A stretch of DNA of 64,000 nt from Rhodospirillaceae bacterium (GCA_002724395.1 PBOR01000031.1:2196-66195); one strand, 5' to 3'. Numbered from the stretch's first letter, positions 1 to 9,831 are shown. Numbers and translations are program-made. Notes: generated from the letters alone by a model not told the origin.

Positions 1-1
1 T

Positions 2-940
2 ACGTATAACCCAAATCTTGCGCAGGCTGACGAATTGGGAATGAATGTAGATGTTGGAATTGCTCCTTCATTAAACGACACGGCAAAAAAGCAGGCAGAG
101 AAAAAATGGTCGGTGTCGGGCAGTGCGGGCATCCAGTTCGATGATAATGTTAATTCTGACCCGGTCGATACGACATCGGATGAAGATGATATTGCTGCCG
201 TTTTGGATGTATCGCTAGGGTATCAGTTGTTGAAAAAAAGTTTTGTCGATTTAGACGTATCGTACGATTTTTCACACACACGATATAAAGAGCTCGTTGA
301 ATTTGATATAGTTAGCCACACCGGATCTATGTACGCTGCAAAGGAAGTTAAAGGCGCAGATTTAAGTATATACTATGGATACACAAGGTCTTACTTGTCA
401 GGAGATGATTTCCTTGGGCTGCATAATACAGATGCGTCAATTGGGTATGCTTTAACTGATATTATTTACGGTACGCTTTCCTACAACAATCAGCACAAAG
501 ATTTTGTTACAGCTAATGAACGTGATTCAATCCTGCATGGGAATGAAATCACTGGGTATTATTTTTTTAATGAGGCTAAAAGCTATCTCAAACTAGCGTA
601 CAGATTTGAAATTGAAGATACCGTTGGCTCGGAATTTGATTTCAATGCCCATTATGGACGTATAGGGGTGCGGTATGGCTTTGATTTGCCCTTAATTAAA
701 CAAGTTGCTGCCTTAACACTTGATTACGAGTTCCATAAGAAATTTTATGACAGTTTGACGCTCAGTATTGCAGATAAGCGCATTGATTCTGGACATTACA
801 TTAAGTTAGGCACTGAGGTGCCTCTCAATGAACATCTTGTTTTTTTAACCAACTACGAACACAGTCGTGTGCGCTCAAATTTGGATAGTACCGACCTCGA
901 TCAAAATATCATTACATTTTCGATGAGAGCTTCTTACTAA
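2..940 (+). CDS. putative outer-membrane beta-barrel protein (5' end lies outside the window)
   Basis: The frame is open from nt 2 with no upstream stop. It shows repeated amphipathic beta-strand-like segments rich in Y/F/G/D/N (LDVSLGYQ, LSIYYGYTRSY, LKLAYRFEIED, IGVRYGF, LTLDYEF). The C-terminal residue is aromatic (..FSMRASY). No catalytic motif was recognised. Confidence 0.45.
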   Translation, partial: TYNPNLAQADELGMNVDVGIAPSLNDTAKKQAEKKWSVSGSAGIQFDDNVNSDPVDTTSDEDDIAAVLDVSLGYQLLKKSFVDLDVSYDFSHTRYKELVEFDIVSHTGSMYAAKEVKGADLSIYYGYTRSYLSGDDFLGLHNTDASIGYALTDIIYGTLSYNNQHKDFVTANERDSILHGNEITGYYFFNEAKSYLKLAYRFEIEDTVGSEFDFNAHYGRIGVRYGFDLPLIKQVAALTLDYEFHKKFYDSLTLSIADKRIDSGHYIKLGTEVPLNEHLVFLTNYEHSRVRSNLDSTDLDQNIITFSMRASY

Positions 941-1013
941 AGAATCACTGTGGAGTAGTATCCTACGGGTGCGATGAATTACATCGTAAGTTTTTTATTA
1001 GTGGGACCTATCG

Positions 1014-2063
1014 CTATCCATATTTAGAAATAATATCACGGGCCAAGTCAGGAGCCGATTCTTCAATATCATCTTTGCATTTTACATGAGAGAGTATTTC
1101 ACGGTCTTTCAGATTCATTGAGCGCTCATAAGAAGGATCGTAATGGCTATCGAGCAAATGGGTAGCCAAATCAATCCAACTTTTCGAATCCCAGAGATCT
1201 CTCGTTTTCTGCGGAATATCTGGTTGATAACGAGATGTTAAGAACTTAAAGAATTTTTCAACGACAATCTCATCCTCAATTACATTTGTGTACCGTGAAA
1301 CTAGAAACCTAGCTCGGTTCTCCACCGTATTCTCAATAACGATACATTTTGAATGGCGCATTTTTTTGAAAAGTTCTGCCGGTATATTAATTTCACCAAT
1401 TTTATTACTTTCTGCCTCTAGAAAAACCGGCCGGGATAAGTCAATTTTTTTTATTTGTGCGGCTAGCAATGTTTCGAAGTATTTTTGCTTTGGTTGATCC
1501 GTACCAGGAAGACTACCTAACATTGAACCTCGGTGAGAAGCTAAGCCCTCTAAATCAATTACATTTCCGCCCAGCGATGCAATGTGTGAGAGAATTTCGG
1601 TTTTACCATTCCCAGTTTTTCCGCTGATAATGATAATCTTGGAAACCTCAGAAAACTGTTTGATCTCATCAATTATTGATTTCCGATATGTTTTATACCC
1701 GCCATCCAGAGTGGAGCATTTCCATCCTATAGATGCACAAATAATTGCGAACGAATTTGACCTTTGGCCTCCCCTGGCACAATAAAATAAGGGCCGGAAT
1801 GATTTTTTTTTGTTATGAAAAAATGTCTCCAAGTGCGAAGAAATATTTAAAGATACCAACCTTGCGCCAACTTTTTTTGCTTCAAATGGTGAGATATTTT
1901 GATAGATGGTGCCTACTTTCTCGTATTCACTATTCTTCAAAACTGGCAGATTTACAGAGCCAATAATATGATCTTCGTGAAATTCCCTGGGTGATCTAAC
2001 ATCGATGATCGCATCAAAGTCGTCGATATCTTCCAGATTTTTTTCGTCAATATACAGTGTCAT
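1014..2063 (-). CDS. selU: tRNA 2-selenouridine synthase
   Basis: N-terminal rhodanese module with active-site loop YCARGGQRS, followed by the P-loop GKTGNGKT. The 349-aa length and domain order are typical of SelU/MnmH. Confidence 0.88.
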   Translation of the reverse strand: MTLYIDEKNLEDIDDFDAIIDVRSPREFHEDHIIGSVNLPVLKNSEYEKVGTIYQNISPFEAKKVGARLVSLNISSHLETFFHNKKKSFRPLFYCARGGQRSNSFAIICASIGWKCSTLDGGYKTYRKSIIDEIKQFSEVSKIIIISGKTGNGKTEILSHIASLGGNVIDLEGLASHRGSMLGSLPGTDQPKQKYFETLLAAQIKKIDLSRPVFLEAESNKIGEINIPAELFKKMRHSKCIVIENTVENRARFLVSRYTNVIEDEIVVEKFFKFLTSRYQPDIPQKTRDLWDSKSWIDLATHLLDSHYDPSYERSMNLKDREILSHVKCKDDIEESAPDLARDIISKYG

Positions 2064-2359
2064 TTGATGAGCAATATAAACGATGTTGATCGTATTTCTT
2101 AACGCATATTTGATAGGGAGATTTAATCAACCTACTAGTTTTGCGTTTAAAAACCATGCAATAAGATGAAGCCTACACATTCTACGTCTCCGGAAAATTG
2201 ACCGTATAACCGTCCAAAAGATTTGCGCTTAATTGATGAATACTACGAAGAGGGACTAAATACTCATCAGGATAGTAGGTCGTAGCAATGAACGTGAAAT
2301 AAGGATCTCTCGAGGTGGCCTGCTGCCCATTTCAAAGGAATATCCAGAATTAGATTGGG

Positions 2360-2479
2360 TTAGGTAATCCACTGGTATCCAAAATAGAAGACTGCAATCC
2401 ACGCTATTCCCTTAACCAGAAAAAAGGTGAATGCGACTAGACCTAAGCCCTTAATCCATTTTTTAAATTTCTCGTTCAT
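2360..2479 (-). CDS. possible 39-aa single-pass membrane peptide (below the ORF-track length cutoff)
   Basis: Hand translation gives MNEKFKKWIKGLGLVAFTFFLVKGIAWIAVFYFGYQWIT*. It has a basic N-terminus and then one hydrophobic helix. Only a weak SD-like GAG lies upstream, and no family was recognised. Confidence 0.25.
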   Translation of the reverse strand: MNEKFKKWIKGLGLVAFTFFLVKGIAWIAVFYFGYQWIT

Positions 2480-2911
2480 AGATACTCATCATCTGTCTCG
2501 TTTTGCCACTGTCTCAATAGTTGGATAATTGAGATTGAATTTAAGATTTCTGCTTGGACATTAAATGTCCGGTTTAAGGGAGATTTTTTATACAATTAAT
2601 TTCTCCGATTTGAACCGTACATTTTAATAACCTCTCATGGATTCTATGATTGTGGTCAGGGGCACCATTAAAAAGATACTGGTGAACTTGACATTGTCCT
2701 TCGGAGTTAGTCGATCGGATTGGTATCAGAGCCTAGATCAACCCTCACAAAAATATTATATTTTAAAGGGCTGGAGCCAGCCGACGGGCGAGAAGCGATA
2801 TGGCTTAGTAACCTATTGATAAACCGGTATAAATAAATTAATTTATAACGAGTAATTTACAAAGAAAGTTTCTAGATTATTTTTATTTTATCCTGAACAG
2901 GAGACTGTATT

Positions 2912-3331
2912 GTGAAATATTTCCATAGAATTATTGAGCAAAAGCGCGAGAGAATTGCACTTTCCATTACGACAGCGGAAGCTAATGTCGTTGAGGGCGA
3001 ACGCATTACGGCAGGTTTGATCGAGAAGCAGCAAGGCTCTGGCTCGCAACCGCACCGCCACCCTAAAGTAGAGCAATTCAATTATGTCATTGCAGGGCGT
3101 TTTAAATCTATGGTTGAAGGTGAATACCATACGATGGAAGTCGGCGATATGGTGCATATCCCACCGAACGCGCTTCATCAGATGGTCGCGCTCGATGAAG
3201 GGCCGAATATTTATTTTATGGCGAAAGACGCGGCATCTGATCCGGAGCTTGGCATCATGGGGCATGCAGAAGATAAAGATGTAGACCGGCCCTGGTACGA
3301 GCCTGGTTTTGATCCCGACGAGAAAAAGTAA
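2912..3331 (+). CDS. cupin domain protein
   Basis: Cupin motif 1 (GSGSQPHRHPKVEQFNYVIAG) and motif 2 (GDMVHIPPNALHQM). GTG start preceded by AGGAGA. Confidence 0.75.
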   Translation: MKYFHRIIEQKRERIALSITTAEANVVEGERITAGLIEKQQGSGSQPHRHPKVEQFNYVIAGRFKSMVEGEYHTMEVGDMVHIPPNALHQMVALDEGPNIYFMAKDAASDPELGIMGHAEDKDVDRPWYEPGFDPDEKK

Positions 3332-3474
3332 GAACTTTCTTATAGCTGTCAGACTTACTGTTAGAGAAACCTGACTGCCCTTGAGTGGACTTTCCAGATT
3401 AGCAATATTTTCAGGTGGGTGAATAATCCGTCTAGCAAGATTTCAATCAAGCCTGATATCTTTCGAACCATATC

Positions 3475-3795
3475 ATGGGCTTACACCTTATGAATAAACC
3501 AAAAATTATTGAGGATAGAGCTGCCAATCCAACCACAAACGTATTGGCAGTTATTTCCTTTGTGCTGTCGTTACTTGGAGTTCTGGCAAATTTTTTGATT
3601 CCGCTCCTTCCGCAAATTGCTGGGATTATCTGTGGGCATATTGCAAGATCGCAAATTAGGCGAAGCGAGGGATCCCAACTGGGGGCTGGAATGGCGTTGG
3701 CTGGATTGATAATAGGTTACTTGAGTATTGTTTTTACTTTGATTTGGTACATTTTTCTCGGGGTCGGATTGTTCACACTATTCACCTTTTCATGA
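3475..3795 (+). CDS. DUF4190-like small membrane protein
   Basis: Two hydrophobic helices flank the characteristic loop GIICGHIARSQIRRSEGSQLGAGMALAGLIIG. The start could also be the ATG at about 3490. Confidence 0.6.
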   Translation: MGLHLMNKPKIIEDRAANPTTNVLAVISFVLSLLGVLANFLIPLLPQIAGIICGHIARSQIRRSEGSQLGAGMALAGLIIGYLSIVFTLIWYIFLGVGLFTLFTFS

Positions 3796-4400
3796 GATCC
3801 ATCCGCAACGTGGAAAGCGCATGACCCCGCGGTTGGGGGAAAAATAATAGGCTTTGCGACCAATTGGTGCCGTAGGGTTGCGGCTTGTGCTTCAGATGGG
3901 GTCGTGTCTGCCATTTTAAAAAAATTTTGTGGTGACTTGGTTTTTAGAGGGTGGCGTCCTGAAGTTAATTGCTGTTTCTGTTTTATTGCAATTCCAATCA
4001 ACCGATCCCTGACCGAAGTTGCAACCCTAGACAATGGGATCTGTTTTATTTTCTCCAAATTATGAAAATCGTTGCCGACGATAATCAGACCTAACATGCC
4101 CATGTTCATGTGAGGAGTACAGCCATACAAATAAACGCCAGGGACTTTAAAAATAACAGTGTGAACCTCATTTATTTCTGACTTTGCCGGTAGCGAATGC
4201 ATTTCCGGACCGGCAATAAACTCAACATTATGCCCCTCATTCTTCGGCAACCATTTTATAGTATCTCCAACAGCGATGTGGGCAACCTCAATGCTGTACG
4301 AATCATCTTCTGTAAATAGAATTTGGATAGTTTCTGCTGAAGAGAATTTTGAAAATGTCAGAAAAGTAATAAGAGAAAATAATGTGAGAAAGTATCGCAT
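3717..4400 (-). CDS. pseudoazurin-like type-1 copper protein (cupredoxin) with an atypical C-terminal extension
   Basis: Signal peptide (MRYFLTLFSLITFLTFSKFSSA). Copper ligands: His in NEGHNVEF and the loop YGCTPHMNMGM (Cys-x2-His-x4-Met). The ORF runs about 84 aa beyond the usual family end. Confidence 0.8.
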   Translation of the reverse strand: MRYFLTLFSLITFLTFSKFSSAETIQILFTEDDSYSIEVAHIAVGDTIKWLPKNEGHNVEFIAGPEMHSLPAKSEINEVHTVIFKVPGVYLYGCTPHMNMGMLGLIIVGNDFHNLEKIKQIPLSRVATSVRDRLIGIAIKQKQQLTSGRHPLKTKSPQNFFKMADTTPSEAQAATLRHQLVAKPIIFPPTAGSCAFHVADGSHEKVNSVNNPTPRKMYQIKVKTILK

Positions 4401-4903
4401 TTTTTTGGCTACTAGATGGGAAATAAAATTGGGTTGTGGTCTCAGATAATAGTCTTAATTCTTAGAACTTATTTCTTCAGAGATATATTTAGCCAATCGA
4501 GGTTGGTCTGAGGCCTTTCTGGGTCTGTCATCAAGCCAGTGTCTCTTTCTATCAACCTGTTGGTTACACAGCTCGAATGTTGCAATGTTAGTTGGTGTAC
4601 TGCAACTGCTGTATATTTTTTATCCGACAAGAGTGGTTGGTATTCAATTCATCCTTTGAGAATCAAATTCGCCAGTCATGTTATCATAACAAAGTCTGAG
4701 CAGTACCCAAGCTTTGAATACGATTGCGGAATTTGATTATCACCTGCTTTTCCATCGACAAACACTGGATAGCAACAAAGGGTAAAAAAAAGACCATTCA
4801 AGAGCAAGAAGTGCTAATAGAATGTCTGTTCTAATGTTTAACCCCCTAACTACTCTATATTTCCACGATTAAGTAACCCCCTCACCTTTTGATTTGGCTT
4901 TCA

Positions 4904-6754
4904 ATGCGTCTTAGAAATTGGCAACAAAAGATCGTCGACGATTTTCCGATGATCATCCGTCAGCACCAAAGATTTATCCTTAAAGCTCCGACAGGGGCTG
5001 GTAAGACCGTTCTCGCTAGCGAGATTGTCGAGCGGTTTTATAAGGGAAAAAATATCGTAGTACTCTGCCATCGCTTGGTGCTCCTAGAACAGCTAGAGCG
5101 TGCGCTCAGCAAAAAGCATCGTGTGCGAAAGTTGACCGTATCGGACGATGGGCCGGCATTTGAGGGTTACGAAATTTTGCTTTCTACGAATATGAGGGCG
5201 AAAGACGTTTTGGCGGATGCTATTCCTAAAGCTGATCTCATTATTGTCGATGAAGCACACCGCGTGTCGCCCAACGGCACTGGCTACAAGCGCATTCTAG
5301 ACGATTTTGAGAAACACGGGAAAAAAGAAGCTCGCTTTATAGGGCTGACTGCATCGCCAGAACGGCGTACTGGCGATCAGCGCGATCAACTTCATCTTGC
5401 TTTTGATACTATTATTGACTGCGCCAATATTGAAACGTTGATTGAAGAAGGTATTCTGGTAAAACCGATCTACCGTCCTCACTTCGTTCATGATCTTGAT
5501 CTTACCGGGATTGATATTAGTTCGGGTGATTTTCCCGTCGCTAAGTTGGCTCCGGCCATTGTTAAATCCTCAATGATCGATTACGCGCTAAATATTTATA
5601 GTGAAGAGCGCGAAAATGTCTCACCTAAGCCAATTTCTGCCTGGTTCTGCCCAGACGTAACGGTTGCTGAAGCGACACTTGAAAGTATCAAAATATTTGG
5701 TATCGAAGCGTCATTGGTTACTGCTCAAACGCCAATCAGTGAGCGGATGAAGCTGCTCAAGATGCATGAAAAAGGTGAAGTCGAGGCAATGGTTTCAGTC
5801 GGCGTATTGGCAGAAGGCTGGGATAACCCTCAATGTAACATCATTGTCCATCTGCGCCCCACTCTTTCGAAAGTTCTATGGGGTCAGTCTGTAGGGCGGG
5901 GACTGCGGTCGGCACCAGGTAAGGACAAATGTATCGTTATCGATGTGAGTTCGAATTGGAGCACCTTTGGGCCGGTTGAAAAACTGGAATGGAGCCTGTG
6001 GAGCCATAGGCGATCTTATATGCAGTATATGAATCGCTTTAATTGGATTGGCCAGCAACAGATCGGTGAGGACAGCGAAGACAGCTATATGCTTTGTGAA
6101 AATCAGTTGCCGAGCAAAGTACGTTGCTCTCATATCTATAAGAAGAACGCTTATAGCGATGATACCTGCCCCGTCTGTGGTTCTTATGCGGCCATCGATA
6201 TTCACAAGGAGCAAAACCTTGATAGTACATTGAACGAGATAGGTTTACACCGTTTATTCTTTGACCGAGTTGAAAAGGTCTATGACGAAATGGATCTGTC
6301 TGTTTGGGGCAGTCTCGGAAATACTGCTTGGAAATCGGCAGACGTAAAAGAGCAAGTGTTTTTGGCCTTTTGTAAAGCGTTTTTGGAAGTTTCCGGAGAA
6401 CCGACACAATCTGAATCAGAGTTCTGGGACGTGGCTCTAAAAGCAGAAGGGAACATCCGTGGTTACCTAGTCGAAAACGATTTCCAGTTGGCTAAACAAG
6501 AAGAATTTAAGCTTGCTCTGATTGCCGACGGTATGCTCGCAGGAAAGGAAATAAGGACCTTACAAGCTCATTACGGAATCTCGTTATGTGGCGAGGTTTT
6601 TAAGACCCATACTTTGGTTGAAGCGGAACGCAAATATCAAAAGGCGATCAAAATTGCTGAACGATTGGCCGTGATGGGCTGTTCATCGCGGGATAATTTG
6701 CCTTACTTTAATGCCGCAGACCATAAGGCTGGGTTAAAAAAGGCACGAATCTGA
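4904..6754 (+). CDS. superfamily-2 DEAD/DEAH-box helicase with C-terminal Cys-rich and uncharacterised region
   Basis: Motif I LKAPTGAGKT, motif II IIVDEAHRV, motif III GLTASP, motif VI QSVGRGLRS, then C-x10-C...CPVCGS. The ATG at 4904 is preferred over the TTG at 4889. Confidence 0.8.
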   Translation: MRLRNWQQKIVDDFPMIIRQHQRFILKAPTGAGKTVLASEIVERFYKGKNIVVLCHRLVLLEQLERALSKKHRVRKLTVSDDGPAFEGYEILLSTNMRAKDVLADAIPKADLIIVDEAHRVSPNGTGYKRILDDFEKHGKKEARFIGLTASPERRTGDQRDQLHLAFDTIIDCANIETLIEEGILVKPIYRPHFVHDLDLTGIDISSGDFPVAKLAPAIVKSSMIDYALNIYSEERENVSPKPISAWFCPDVTVAEATLESIKIFGIEASLVTAQTPISERMKLLKMHEKGEVEAMVSVGVLAEGWDNPQCNIIVHLRPTLSKVLWGQSVGRGLRSAPGKDKCIVIDVSSNWSTFGPVEKLEWSLWSHRRSYMQYMNRFNWIGQQQIGEDSEDSYMLCENQLPSKVRCSHIYKKNAYSDDTCPVCGSYAAIDIHKEQNLDSTLNEIGLHRLFFDRVEKVYDEMDLSVWGSLGNTAWKSADVKEQVFLAFCKAFLEVSGEPTQSESEFWDVALKAEGNIRGYLVENDFQLAKQEEFKLALIADGMLAGKEIRTLQAHYGISLCGEVFKTHTLVEAERKYQKAIKIAERLAVMGCSSRDNLPYFNAADHKAGLKKARI

Positions 6755-6854
6755 TCTTTTAATTTCTTCCAAAATTTATTGGACGTGCTCACAGTCCAAC
6801 TTGGTGCCCCCAAGATTACAAAATGCTTCTTCCACAAATAATATTAGCGCGATT

Positions 6855-7772
6855 CTAGCCAGAGAATTTTGGCATGATTTCGTTGGCGAGTATTCTCGCT
6901 TTATCCAACTCGTCTATACCGAGCAAAAAGGTTACTTCATCCATCCCGGCTATTTGAAGTTTCTCAATGCCACCGGCAACATCGTCCGGAGTACCCATAA
7001 AGCATAGTTCGCGATGCCGACTTTTATTTTTTTCGGATTGAATTAGGAATTCGTTCCAAGCTTTTTCAGGCGTTTCGCCAAAATGCACCACCGTGTTCAC
7101 ATAAGAACGCTGGATCGTTGCCGGGTCGCGGTCGATTGCTTCACAAGCGTTCTGAATATGGGCCCAGCCCTCTGATAGTTGCGAGATCGGCGTATGGAGG
7201 CCAGAAGCCTGCCATCCATCGCCAAATTCAGCGACCCGTGCTGCAGGGCGGCCGCCACCAGTCCAGCTGGCGATATAAATTGGTAAATGTGGTTTTTGCA
7301 CTGGTTTTGGCGTGATCGTCACATTTTCGAAGGAATAAAATTCACCAGAGAAGGTGACCTCGTCCTCGGTCCAGAGCTTTTTGATGGCACGAATACCTTC
7401 ATCCATCAGCTTTCCACGTTTCTTAAAGGGAATGCCGAAAGCATCAAATTCCTTGTCATAGGAGCCTGTGGCAAGTGCAGCTATGAAGCGGCCTTCGGAA
7501 AGCGCATCCAACATTGTGAATTTCTTAGCTACTGCAATGGGGTGACGGAGCGGCACCTGGTAGGCGGAGAAACCCAGTTTGACTCGCTTGGTTGCTGCGC
7601 ACAAAACAGCGGCAGCGCTAATAGAATGGAAATTTGGATGACTGTGATAATAGTGATCTGTGACGTAAATGCCGTGATAGCCGAGTGCTTCTGAGGTCTG
7701 CGCAAACTCGGTGATTTCCCTCGCGCTTATAGGTCGGTCCGTGCCAGAGGTTAAGCTAATGCTGAATTTCAT
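6855..7772 (-). CDS. LLM-class (luciferase-like) flavin/F420-dependent oxidoreductase
   Basis: Typical LLM TIM-barrel sequence (AEALGYHGIYVTDHY, RFIAALATG, KPVQKPHLPIYIASW); 305 aa. Confidence 0.8.
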   Translation of the reverse strand: MKFSISLTSGTDRPISAREITEFAQTSEALGYHGIYVTDHYYHSHPNFHSISAAAVLCAATKRVKLGFSAYQVPLRHPIAVAKKFTMLDALSEGRFIAALATGSYDKEFDAFGIPFKKRGKLMDEGIRAIKKLWTEDEVTFSGEFYSFENVTITPKPVQKPHLPIYIASWTGGGRPAARVAEFGDGWQASGLHTPISQLSEGWAHIQNACEAIDRDPATIQRSYVNTVVHFGETPEKAWNEFLIQSEKNKSRHRELCFMGTPDDVAGGIEKLQIAGMDEVTFLLGIDELDKARILANEIMPKFSG

Positions 7773-7846
7773 GGTTCCCTATTCCGTGATTTGTGATCCT
7801 GAGCTGCGGAAAACTATATTTCTTTACCAAGCTTGGTTTAACTTGC

Positions 7847-8143
7847 CTATTCCTGCTCAGTCCCAAGTAGTGGAAAGCGGGCAGCGAGTGCTTTAATGTC
7901 ACCCTTTTTTAGGTTCTCAAGAAGTTCAGGCACGTCGCTTTCTTGGCAACCCATAATATATGGCCCGTTAGGAACGACCCGGAGAGTCGGTCCTAGATGG
8001 CATTTGCTCATACAATGGTTGGTTTCTAATGTTATCGGGAGGTTATTAGCTTTGATGCCTTTTTTCAGAGCTGCCGCTAGTTCCTTGCTGCCTCGAGCTC
8101 CACAGGAATCCACAAGGTTGTTAGCGCGGTAGTTAATGCACAA
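7847..8143 (-). CDS. thioredoxin-like [2Fe-2S] ferredoxin domain protein (start uncertain)
   Basis: Cys pattern LCINYR...DSCGARGS...NHCMSKCHLGP. The only canonical in-frame start is the TTG at 8143, which places the first Cys ligand at residue 2 (see finding). Confidence 0.6.
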   Translation of the reverse strand: MCINYRANNLVDSCGARGSKELAAALKKGIKANNLPITLETNHCMSKCHLGPTLRVVPNGPYIMGCQESDVPELLENLKKGDIKALAARFPLLGTEQE

Positions 8144-8425
8144 TTGCAGCTTAGTTTTTTCATCTGATCGTGACGTAGGGGGAACGATAATATACCTTCC
8201 TGGTGTACGGTTTGGAGCTTTATTGCGTGCCTTAAAGCAAATCCTATATCAATTCGGTCTGGGAGGACCAGCTTAGTATCCCGTTTGCAGAGAAATAATT
8301 TCGCCAGCAATATTACGTGTACTGTGAAAGGGTCCATGCCGATGGTGGTGGCGGCATTGCCCACAGGCAAAGACGCGCCTAATCTCCAATCCGTATTTTG
8401 ACTTAGACAAGGAAGGGTAATTCCC

Positions 8426-9799
8426 ATGGCTGAGAAGGCATCTGAGAATGCTGAGTACGACTACGACTTGTTTGTCATTGGCGGTGGATCTGGCGGTGTG
8501 CGCTGCGCCCGATTCTCCGCACAATACGGCGCGAAGGTAGGAATTGCAGAGGAACGTTATTGGGGGGGTACCTGCGTTAATGTTGGGTGTGTGCCGAAGA
8601 AGCTCTTCACTTATGCGGCGCATTTCTCTGAAGACGTTCAAATGGCTAAAGGCTATGGCTGGTATATGGATAAGCCCGGCTTCGATTGGCCGACATTGCG
8701 CGAAAATAAAGACACCGAAATTAATCGATTAAACGGCATTTATGATGGGCTACTCAAGGGGGCTGGGTGCGATGTTTTCTTTGAGCGGGCCGAAGTGGTT
8801 GACCCGCATACTGTCAAAGTGGGCGATAGACAGTTCATAGTTAAGAATATCTTGATTGCTACAGGTGGCTGGCCATTCGTGCCGAATTTTCCCGGTAACG
8901 AGCATGTGATTACATCCAACGAAGTATTTCACAATGAATCTTTCCCCAAAACGATAATGATTATAGGCGGTGGTTATATCGCAGTTGAGTTTGCTGGTAT
9001 TATGCATGGGCTTGGCGCGAAAGTAACACAGGTCTATCGTGGCCCCCTATTTCTGCGCGGTTTTGACAAAGATGTGCGCGAACACCTGGCCGAAGAAATG
9101 GAAAAGAAGGGTATTAATCTGCGTTTCAATGAGGATGTAGTCTCTATTGAGCGGCATGGTTCGGGTCTGCATGTGACACTGACGTCTGGGGAGGTAGTAA
9201 AAACTCAAATGGTCATGTATTCGACCGGCCGGAGGCCACTCAGCGGTGGCATGGGGCTCGAAGAAGCCGGCGTGGAGCTGGCAAAAAATGGAGCGATCAT
9301 GGTTGACAATAAGTTTCAAACCTCCGTTCCTTCAATCTATGCCTTAGGAGATGTGATTGATCGTGTGGCTCTAACTCCGGTTGCCCTCGCGGAGGGTATG
9401 GTGTTAGCAAAGACGTTGTTTACCGATGAACGCCCGGAAATGAATTATGAGTATATTCCAACTGCTGTCTTTAGTGCGCCTAATATCGGTACAGTCGGTT
9501 ATGCCGAAGAGCAAGCAAAACAAAAATTTGGTAAACTCCGGGTTTACACGTCACGCTTCACACCAATGAAGCACTCACTTTCTGGCATCGATGAGAAAAC
9601 ATTCATGAAACTTATTGTCGATGACAGCTCAGACTATGTGGTTGGTGCTCACATGGTTGGCCCGGATGCAGGCGAGATCATGCAGGGTATCGGCATAGCG
9701 TTGAAAGCGGGTGCGACAAAAGCAGATTTCGATGCCACTATAGGCATTCATCCAACGGCTGCGGAAGAATTGGTGACAATGCGCACGGAAAGAGCTTAA
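8426..9799 (+). CDS. gor: glutathione-disulfide reductase
   Basis: FAD fingerprint DLFVIGGGSGG, redox-active disulfide GGTCVNVGCVPKK, NADPH-binding IIGGGYIAVEFAG, C-terminal dimerisation motif IGIHPTAAEE. Confidence 0.9.
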   Translation: MAEKASENAEYDYDLFVIGGGSGGVRCARFSAQYGAKVGIAEERYWGGTCVNVGCVPKKLFTYAAHFSEDVQMAKGYGWYMDKPGFDWPTLRENKDTEINRLNGIYDGLLKGAGCDVFFERAEVVDPHTVKVGDRQFIVKNILIATGGWPFVPNFPGNEHVITSNEVFHNESFPKTIMIIGGGYIAVEFAGIMHGLGAKVTQVYRGPLFLRGFDKDVREHLAEEMEKKGINLRFNEDVVSIERHGSGLHVTLTSGEVVKTQMVMYSTGRRPLSGGMGLEEAGVELAKNGAIMVDNKFQTSVPSIYALGDVIDRVALTPVALAEGMVLAKTLFTDERPEMNYEYIPTAVFSAPNIGTVGYAEEQAKQKFGKLRVYTSRFTPMKHSLSGIDEKTFMKLIVDDSSDYVVGAHMVGPDAGEIMQGIGIALKAGATKADFDATIGIHPTAAEELVTMRTERA

Positions 9800-9831
9800 G
9801 AGCAGATACCTAAGCTTTTAAACGGATATCA

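Noticed and set aside
1803-1811. A nine-nucleotide homopolymer (T9 on the + strand, encoding KKK) inside selU as a possible slipped-strand phase-variation switch.
   Set aside because: The gene is intact and in frame. Lys-rich A-runs are expected in such an AT-rich gene. A single tract without population data is not evidence for phase variation.
2912-3331. The small cupin as a DddK/DddQ-type DMSP lyase.
   Set aside because: The metal motif here is HRHPKVEQF (HxHx3E..F). It lacks the Tyr-containing HxHx4ExY arrangement I recall for cupin DMSP lyases, so only a generic cupin call is supported.
4904-6754. The helicase as part of a restriction-modification or other defence system.
   Set aside because: No methyltransferase, nuclease, specificity subunit or other defence-associated partner is adjacent. 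The neighbours are a cupredoxin and an LLM oxidoreductase.
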